A stretch of DNA of 64,000 bases from an uncultured delta proteobacterium. GTDB lineage: Bacteria; Desulfobacterota; RBG-13-43-22. The notes beneath the pieces were generated by a model. It had not been told where the DNA came from, did no database searches, and saw nothing but the letters and a program-made list of their open reading frames with translations. Made by a program: the position numbers and the translations under genes. The DNA is taken from positions 1,056,001-1,120,000 of the forward strand of contig CAWBOS010000010.1 in the NCBI GenBank assembly GCA_963790475.1. The letters are read 5' to 3'. Positions 57,486 to 64,000 of the stretch are shown in pieces; the first letter of the stretch is position 1, and every line of letters begins with the position of its first letter.

Positions 57486-59753
57486 TTACAATGGGGTAAC
57501 AATTGTCCAGTGACTATCACTAACTGTCCCGGGCGAGCCCGTGGAACTAACGATGGTTCCATTCATTATCCAGACGTACAACATCCCCGAGAGATTATGA
57601 CGCCAGACAATATCGACCTTGCCGTCCCCGTTGAAGTCCCCTAACCCTTTGATCTCCCAACTCCGATCAACCGTTCCCGGCGAACCCTGAGAAGCAATGG
57701 CAGTTCCGTCCATCAGCCAGACATATAGCTGGCCGCTGACCTCATTCCTCCAAAGAATATCGGCCTTGCCATCTCCGTTGAAATCACTTACACCCTTTAT
57801 TTTCCAGCTCGGATCGCTGATAGTCCCTGGTGAACCCATGGAAGCAATAGTAGTCCCGTTCATCAACCAGACGTACAACTGCCCGGTAACCCTATGGCGC
57901 CAGAGAATATCGGCCTTGCCATCCCCGTTGAAGTCCCCTACCCCTTTGATCTCCCAACCCTGATCGACCGTTTCCGGCGAACCCTGGGCTATTGGGGTTT
58001 CACCGTTCATCAACCAGACATACAACTGCCCGGTAACCCTATGGCGCCAGAGAATATCGGCCTTACCGTCCCCGTTGAAGTCCCCTATCCCTTTGATCTC
58101 CCAATCCCGATCGACTGTTCCCGGTGAACCCTGGGCGGTAGAGGTTTCGCCATGAATCAATCTGAGGGATAGCTGCCCGGTCACTTGATGCCGCCAAAGG
58201 ATATCTGTGGACCCGTCGCCTTTGAAATCCCCTGTGCCTATAAGTTCCCAATTAGTGTCATAGCCGGGAGCAATCACAGTCGATCTGGTCGGTGTGATCC
58301 CGTTCATATACCAGACAGCAATCTGTCCATTCTGGTCATTTCTCCACAGCAGGTCTGTCTTCCCATCATTATCGAAATCAACCTTATCCGTATGTTGGGC
58401 AACAAAAATAGTATCAGCTCCTTCAGTGGTTCCGGCACTGTTAGTGGCGACCAGCCGGTAATGATGGAGGGTATTGGCAGCTAAATCGGTTAAATTTGCC
58501 GTAGCGGCAACATTGGTGGTGCCGCTCCCGGCTGATTGAATGGCCGTTAAATTCCCATAGGAGCTGGTCGTTCCCCATTCAAAAATGTACGTCGTCGGCA
58601 AGCCGTTAGGATTAACCGTCCCGTTTAAAGTAACGGAACTCAAGGTCACTGATGACGCTGACCCGGTGGTGACAACCGGCGTTTTGGCATCAACCGAATA
58701 GGTTGCTACAACGCTGAGATTCGAATTCATGGTCACTTGGCAAGAAAGCGTTGTCCCGGAACACCCGCCTGACCATCCGCTGAATATGGAGTTAGCGTCA
58801 GGAGTCGCCGTTAAGGTAACTTGGGTACCGGCACCAAAACTGGTCCCTGATGGATTGACGGAGACACTACCCTTACCCGTCCCATTATTACTTACAGAAA
58901 GTGTATAGGTGGTGGAAGAATTCGACCTGAAAAAGGCCGTGATGGTGTGGTTAACGCTCACGGAAGAAAAAGTATAGGAGGTAATCGATCCTTGTGAAAC
59001 CCCGTCCACCATCACATCAGCAATCTGGTAACCGGTATTGGGGGTGATAGTGAAGGTCTGTCCGGCCCCCGCCAGGATTGAAATCTGCCCCGAGGGGGAA
59101 ATGGATCCGCCCGCTCCGGCGGAGGCGGTGATGACGTAGGCAGACAGGCCGGCTTCTGTTACCGTGAAGATATTCCCGGCGATAGTAAAGCCGGCCGTAC
59201 GGATTGCACCAATATTGGGAGAGACTGTGTAACTTATCGTCCCACTAGCCATGCCGGAACCCGAGGTTACGGTTATCCAGGGGATGCTCGCCGAAGTCCC
59301 CCAATTACATCCCGCCTGGGTAGTTACCAGCACGCTCCCGGATCCCCCTAAGGAGGAAAAAGTGGCACTTGAAGGAGATATGGTATAAGTGCAGGAGGGA
59401 ATGGTATAAACCACTTCATTGGAGTAGCCACTTTGCAATCCTTGAGTATTATAAGCAGTTGCCGCAATATAGTAGGTTACCCCAACGTTGAGGCCGTATA
59501 GGGTATAGTTGGTAACGTTGCCAATGTCTATGTTCCTTTGGTAGTTGCCGGGTGACGTCCCGTAATAGATTTCGTAACCGGCCAGGTCAGGTTCCGTGTT
59601 GGGGTCCCAGGTAAGTGTAACCTGATTACAATGGCCGTTTTGAAGGGGAAAAACAAAAAGACTTGAAAAAAGGAAGAAAGCTAAAAAGGTGAAAAAAAGA
59701 TTTAAACCTTTGTAATTGGATCGACTCGATAGACAACTGGAAAACTGTTTCAT
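57486..59753 (-). CDS. Secreted adhesin-like protein: Fn3 + BACON + Ig/InlB-B-like repeats + Fn3-like + 6x FG-GAP
   Basis: The start is placed at MKQFSS (GAGGA RBS, homologous to the paralog's start). Domains: TLTWDPN, CTYTISP..GCNW..WIT, ITASAGAGGSISP, F.GWSGGC and TLNGTVNPNG, then six FG-GAP repeats. Confidence 0.88.
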   Translation of the reverse strand: MKQFSSCLSSRSNYKGLNLFFTFLAFFLFSSLFVFPLQNGHCNQVTLTWDPNTEPDLAGYEIYYGTSPGNYQRNIDIGNVTNYTLYGLNVGVTYYIAATAYNTQGLQSGYSNEVVYTIPSCTYTISPSSATFSSLGGSGSVLVTTQAGCNWGTSASIPWITVTSGSGMASGTISYTVSPNIGAIRTAGFTIAGNIFTVTEAGLSAYVITASAGAGGSISPSGQISILAGAGQTFTITPNTGYQIADVMVDGVSQGSITSYTFSSVSVNHTITAFFRSNSSTTYTLSVSNNGTGKGSVSVNPSGTSFGAGTQVTLTATPDANSIFSGWSGGCSGTTLSCQVTMNSNLSVVATYSVDAKTPVVTTGSASSVTLSSVTLNGTVNPNGLPTTYIFEWGTTSSYGNLTAIQSAGSGTTNVAATANLTDLAANTLHHYRLVATNSAGTTEGADTIFVAQHTDKVDFDNDGKTDLLWRNDQNGQIAVWYMNGITPTRSTVIAPGYDTNWELIGTGDFKGDGSTDILWRHQVTGQLSLRLIHGETSTAQGSPGTVDRDWEIKGIGDFNGDGKADILWRHRVTGQLYVWLMNGETPIAQGSPETVDQGWEIKGVGDFNGDGKADILWRHRVTGQLYVWLMNGTTIASMGSPGTISDPSWKIKGVSDFNGDGKADILWRNEVSGQLYVWLMDGTAIASQGSPGTVDRSWEIKGLGDFNGDGKVDIVWRHNLSGMLYVWIMNGTIVSSTGSPGTVSDSHWTIVTPL

Positions 59754-59813
59754 GACAACATCCTCATGCTGGCAATAAAATTTTTTAAAAAACCCAGAGC
59801 ACAAGGATGCTGT

Positions 59814-59907
59814 GCCTGGAAACCCTGCTGCCGTACCTCACATCATGTGAAACTTAGGCCAGCGGCTTTGCGTCCCACCCTTTCGAATGGTTTGCCCTTT
59901 TCAGACA
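59814..59907 (-). ncRNA. Cyclic-di-GMP-I (GEMM-I) riboswitch
   Basis: Minus strand AAAAGGGCAAACCAUUCGAAAGGGUGGGACGCAAAGCCGCUGGCCUAAG...ACGGCAGCAGGGUUUCCAGG closely matches the Vc2-type consensus, with G20 and C92 equivalents present. Confidence 0.92.
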
Positions 59908-59927
59908 GTGATTTGACAACTTAATAT

Positions 59928-59943
59928 TGCAAGTATTGTACCA
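59928..59943 (-). promoter_or_regulatory. Sigma-54 promoter upstream of the riboswitch
   Basis: Minus strand TGGTACAATACTTGCA (GG-N10-GC); the predicted +1 lies about 10 nt before the aptamer. Confidence 0.65.
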
Positions 59944-60088
59944 CCCAATTCCATCTTAAAATATATTGAAATTATTAATAATTTTATTCCATTGAAATTC
60001 AATACCATGCAAAATTTGTTAATACTCAACGAATTTTGTATTTTAAATAAAAAGGGAGAATGAAGAATTAATCGATTTTTCTCTACTA

Positions 60089-63067
60089 TTATGGGGCAAC
60101 AATTGTCCAAGAGCTGTCACCGACCGCGCCAGGCGAGCCCATGGAAACAAGGTTTGTGCCGTTCATCAGCCAGATGTATAATTGGCCGGTAGCAGTATGA
60201 CGCCAGAGGATATCCGCCTGACCATCCCCATTGAAATCACCCACTCCTTTAATCTGCCAATTCAAATCACTCACCGCCCCTGGAGAACCCACGGAAGTAA
60301 TGGTAGTTCCGTTCATCAGCCAAATGAAGACCTGTCCGCTAATGGCATGCCGCCAGAGAATATCGTTCTTTCTATCCCCGTTGAAATCGCCTACGCCCTT
60401 GATCTCCCAGTTCAGGTCGCTGACTGCACCCGGGGAATCCTGGGAGGCAATGGTGGTCCCATCCATCAGCCAGATATAGACCTGCCCGGTAATATTATTT
60501 TGCCATAGTATATCCGCTTTGCCGTCCCTGTCGAAGTCCCCTACCCCTTTGATCTCCCAGTTCAGGTCGACCGTTCCCGGCGAACCCTGGGAAGCAATGG
60601 TAGCTCCATTCATTAGCCAGACGTACACTTGCCCAGTTAATACATGCCGCCATAGTATATCCGCCTTGCCATCCCCATTGAAGTCTCCCACGCCCTTTAT
60701 CTGCCAGTTCGGGTCGCTAATGGTTGCCGGGGAACCGCTGGAAATAATGGTGCTATTATTCATCAACCATACGTAGAGCTGTCCGGTAGACACATTACGC
60801 CAAAGTATGTCCGTCTTCCCGTCATTGTTGAAATCCCCCGTGCCAACAATCTCCCAATCCAAGGGAACTCCTTGATAAATCACTATGGAATTGCTTAAAG
60901 TAACTCCATCCATATACCAGAGGGCGATATCCCCACGGACCTTATGTCTCCAGAAGATGTCCATCTTCCCGTCACTATTGAAATCAACCTTAGGAGTACT
61001 GTTAATAATATTGAAATTCAGAACAGAGCTCCATGGACCTAGCCCCCAGCTATTCTGGGTCTGAATCTGCCAATTTCCACTGCCTGGGGAGAGAATGGCG
61101 GAAGGAGTTATTGAACAGACTCCCGTCCCCGAAGCACATCCTGCTTGGGCGGCGGTGTAGGTTTGGTTAACTTTGGTTCCGGTCGAATCACGCACCAATA
61201 AATTATATTGATCTGCATTGGATACGGCATTCCAATAATACGTCGGCGAGGTCAAAGACATGATCCCTGAAGGGGAAATCAGTGTAGAAGCGGCAGGCGA
61301 ACCTAAGGTCGTAAAAGTCATATCCGATCCGTAGCTGGTTCCTGCACCATTGGTGGCCACCACTCGGTAATGGTAGGTGGTACTGGTTATAAGCCCGGTT
61401 AAGCCCTTGCTCATTGCGGTGTTGGTGTAGCCGGTTACCGGGCTCTGATCTGCGGTTACCGTCAAACCGTAGGATGTGTCCAAACCGTATTGAAAAGTCA
61501 CCGTGGTATTAAGGTTATTGGCATTCACCGTTCCATTCAAGGTAGCCGAATTAGTAGTCACGTTGGTCACTGACCCCGTGGTAACCATAGGAGGACCGGA
61601 AAGAGAATTATTGGCTTGGTTGACATTGATTCTTTTTTTAGAAACTGAAGTGCATTTTGAATCGGTAACCGTTAATCCAGTGGAAGAAAAGGCATTTAGG
61701 ATCTGGGTCACCGTGGCTGAGGGGTTGCTCTGTTTCATCAAGGCCCAGGCCCCGGTAACATGGGGGGTCGCCATGGATGTACCGTCCCAGCTCTGGTAAC
61801 CGCCTCCGGGAACGGATGAATTAATGGATGATCCCGGGGCCAAAAGGCTCATAAAGGGAGCGCTGTTGCTATAAGAGGCAACCTGGTCAACATCATCCGT
61901 TGCACCAACGCTGATGGCCGATGAGATGCAGGCTGGGGCTGAAATATAGCCGCAATACCCGTTGTTCCCGCTGGCAATGACCGTTGCGATTCCGGCCCCC
62001 CGCAAGGTATCAATAATTGGTTTTTCCGGTTCGCTGTCACAGTTGGAGCTATATGCACTCCCCCCGAGGCTCAAATTGGACGAGGCAATCGTAAAGGAAC
62101 CTCGGAGATCGTAGACACGCTGCAGGCCATTCATAATGTCCGATGTCCAAGCCATGACGCAGGGAGAACTTCCGACGCCGCAATAAGAGTCCGAGTCAAA
62201 TCGGCTAAAAACCTGTATGGCGATGATGCCGGCCCCAGGAGCCACTCCCGGACCGGGGCTTCCTGCGATGCCGCTCCTCCCGGCCGCGATCCCGGCTACG
62301 TGAGTTCCGTGACTGCATTCCCCTGCAGGACAACTCCCTCCATAGGGCATAGCCGACCCGGTTGCCCTAGAACTGGTCACTCCCCCCGGACACAGGGAAG
62401 AGGACCCGGAATAAGAGTCATTCGTTGAATAGCAGGCCTCAGAAACGACGCTGTTGGTTAGAAAAGGATGGGTTTTGTCGACACCGGTATCCAGTATGGC
62501 CACGGCAACTCCGCTCCCGGTAATCCCCGAAGCCTGCATTGTTGCGGCCCCAATGCGGGGGACACTTAGATTCAAGATCGGGGGAACGGGAATGTCCTCA
62601 TGAATACTGTCGACATCCGATGAATCAAGGAGGGCGTTAAGGGTCTCCGCATCAACCGTCATGGATAGATGAGGCGTGTATTTAAATGCATGAGTGCCAA
62701 CAGTGCTTCTTCCTTTTCGCGCCAGGTCTGTTAATACCCGGCCCTGGACCTCTGAAATCGCAGACCGTTGTAACGGACCTTCCTGTCCCACCAAAAGGGA
62801 CTCGGGAGTGTAAGGAACAGCAACCCGAACAATGATCCTGACCCTGCCCTGGTTCCTGGCCTTTGAGGAAAGGCGGGGATATCCACCCCAACTGGTTATT
62901 TTTTTTTCAAATGGATGGGTGGGGGATTGGTCTCCGGAAAAATTAAAGACTTGTCCTGATCCATCGGCTTCAAGTATCTGCCCAAACTGGAAAAGGATAC
63001 TTATGGCCAAGAAGATTCTAATCCCAAACAGAACAAACGTAGGCCGTTTAGGGAATCGTCCGGACAT
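60089..63067 (-). CDS. Secreted S8 subtilisin-like serine protease with Fn3-like domains and 6x FG-GAP C-terminus
   Basis: Signal peptide and propeptide; catalytic triad AILDTG, HGTHVAG and GTSMATPHV; ASGN oxyanion motif; six FG-GAP repeats. Confidence 0.92.
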   Translation of the reverse strand: MSGRFPKRPTFVLFGIRIFLAISILFQFGQILEADGSGQVFNFSGDQSPTHPFEKKITSWGGYPRLSSKARNQGRVRIIVRVAVPYTPESLLVGQEGPLQRSAISEVQGRVLTDLARKGRSTVGTHAFKYTPHLSMTVDAETLNALLDSSDVDSIHEDIPVPPILNLSVPRIGAATMQASGITGSGVAVAILDTGVDKTHPFLTNSVVSEACYSTNDSYSGSSSLCPGGVTSSRATGSAMPYGGSCPAGECSHGTHVAGIAAGRSGIAGSPGPGVAPGAGIIAIQVFSRFDSDSYCGVGSSPCVMAWTSDIMNGLQRVYDLRGSFTIASSNLSLGGSAYSSNCDSEPEKPIIDTLRGAGIATVIASGNNGYCGYISAPACISSAISVGATDDVDQVASYSNSAPFMSLLAPGSSINSSVPGGGYQSWDGTSMATPHVTGAWALMKQSNPSATVTQILNAFSSTGLTVTDSKCTSVSKKRINVNQANNSLSGPPMVTTGSVTNVTTNSATLNGTVNANNLNTTVTFQYGLDTSYGLTVTADQSPVTGYTNTAMSKGLTGLITSTTYHYRVVATNGAGTSYGSDMTFTTLGSPAASTLISPSGIMSLTSPTYYWNAVSNADQYNLLVRDSTGTKVNQTYTAAQAGCASGTGVCSITPSAILSPGSGNWQIQTQNSWGLGPWSSVLNFNIINSTPKVDFNSDGKMDIFWRHKVRGDIALWYMDGVTLSNSIVIYQGVPLDWEIVGTGDFNNDGKTDILWRNVSTGQLYVWLMNNSTIISSGSPATISDPNWQIKGVGDFNGDGKADILWRHVLTGQVYVWLMNGATIASQGSPGTVDLNWEIKGVGDFDRDGKADILWQNNITGQVYIWLMDGTTIASQDSPGAVSDLNWEIKGVGDFNGDRKNDILWRHAISGQVFIWLMNGTTITSVGSPGAVSDLNWQIKGVGDFNGDGQADILWRHTATGQLYIWLMNGTNLVSMGSPGAVGDSSWTIVAP

Positions 63068-63447
63068 AATTATAATTCTTCCTCCTAAAACTGTCGATGA
63101 TCGAACGGTTCTTATCAGTCGAAGAATCGTCCATCTGAGCTTTGTTCAGAGTTCTCAAAAAGGCGGTATAAGAGATTCCCAGGCGCGTAACATCTTCTAA
63201 TTATGAATATTTTATTTTCATAACAAGTTTATTATCGAATTGCCCCTGTATGACTCCAAAAATTGGTGGTAATGGAACAAAAATTGTTCCTCTGGAATTG
63301 AATAAGGCCCTATTTTCCTAGCTCTTTGAAGACCTTCTTCAATATCCCATCGACCTCATATTTTTTTGATAACAGGAATTTCTTTTTAAACAGATAGTTA
63401 TCCCTAATTTCCTTGTCGCAAATTTTTGATAAAACTTTAATTGCTAC

Positions 63448-64000
63448 TTATAACGAATTAGAAATGGATGCTTGTTGATCTGTCTTTTGCATTTTTTGTA
63501 CCGACAAATTTAATTCAGCATCCGAAGGGCGGATATAAAGGGGGTGAATCTCTTCCGGGGAATACTGTTGGTCCGCTTGAAATCGTGAGCAGGCCAGGAT
63601 CCCAAGGACGAGAGGAGATATATAATGCAAGTGAGGCGTGGGGAATATGGCTCTGGAGCCAAGGGTCTCTTTAAAAAAATCCTTAAAAAGAATGGCCCCG
63701 TTGCCCACCAAAAGTACCGGTTCTTTTAACTCCTTGACTAAATTTTGAGGTTTAACGTGTCTTGGTTCCCCTATCATTTCCACCTTCCCCTCGGGAGTTG
63801 ACTTGGAAGAAAGCACAAAAAACCTCTTTCTGACGGGCATCAATCAAGGGGCAGATCAGATAGGGGCAATAAGGGAAAGAGAAAGCCAGGGCCTCCAGGG
63901 TGGAAACTCCCATGACCGGCTTCCGAGTAGCCAGAGCCAGGCCTTTGATCGTGGCAATCCCGATGCGCAGGCCGGTAAAACTCCCCGGACCCGTGGTTAC
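63448..64000 (-). CDS. tsaB: tRNA threonylcarbamoyladenosine biosynthesis protein TsaB (5'-truncated by window edge, frameshift near 63805)
   Basis: [11 protein letters not shown]...GVSTLEALA...IDARQKEVF in one frame; ...VGNGA...[10 protein letters not shown] in the next frame. Confidence 0.9.

Noticed and set aside
54994-60500. Diversity-generating retroelement (TR/VR pairs among FG-GAP copies)
   Set aside because: No reverse transcriptase in the window, and the differences between copies are not adenine-specific.
55469-60776. Several plus-strand ORFs with repeated PSPLKSPTPLISQ or PENIRLAIPVE motifs
   Set aside because: Antisense translations of the FG-GAP repeats.

Overview
A bacterial cell-surface locus, probably from a Desulfobacterota/deltaproteobacterial genome (inferred from the sigma-54 promoters, PEP-CTERM gene, c-di-GMP-I riboswitch and repeat types). 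The core (about 2.5-52 kb) is a large mosaic surface-glycan cluster. It holds many GT2/GT4 glycosyltransferases, FkbM/class I methyltransferases, gmd, and three methyltransferase fusions with coiled-coil 'ruler' segments (two joined to GT domains, one to RgpF domains). It also holds a CDP-3,6-dideoxy/branched-sugar set (rfbF, rfbG, rfbH, reductase, YerE-like ThDP enzyme), GtrA/GtrB/GT-C-like side-chain modules and a Wzm/Wzt exporter. The main operon is preceded by a sigma-70 promoter with a palindromic operator, a decayed rfaH/nusG paralog, a perfect ops element and an EPS-type MarR regulator. Both ends carry secreted proteins that all end in a six-repeat FG-GAP/VCBS module fused to different passengers (beta-helix, Fn3, Fn3-BACON, S8 protease). 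One of them lies behind a sigma-54 promoter and a c-di-GMP-I riboswitch, and its paralog has lost the aptamer. The region contains many gene remnants (gmd, wzt, rfbF, gtrA, GT2, FG-GAP), REP/MITE-like palindromes and a probable group II intron fragment. The window ends in tsaB, which has a frameshift that may be an assembly error. All family assignments come from motif recognition, not database searches.
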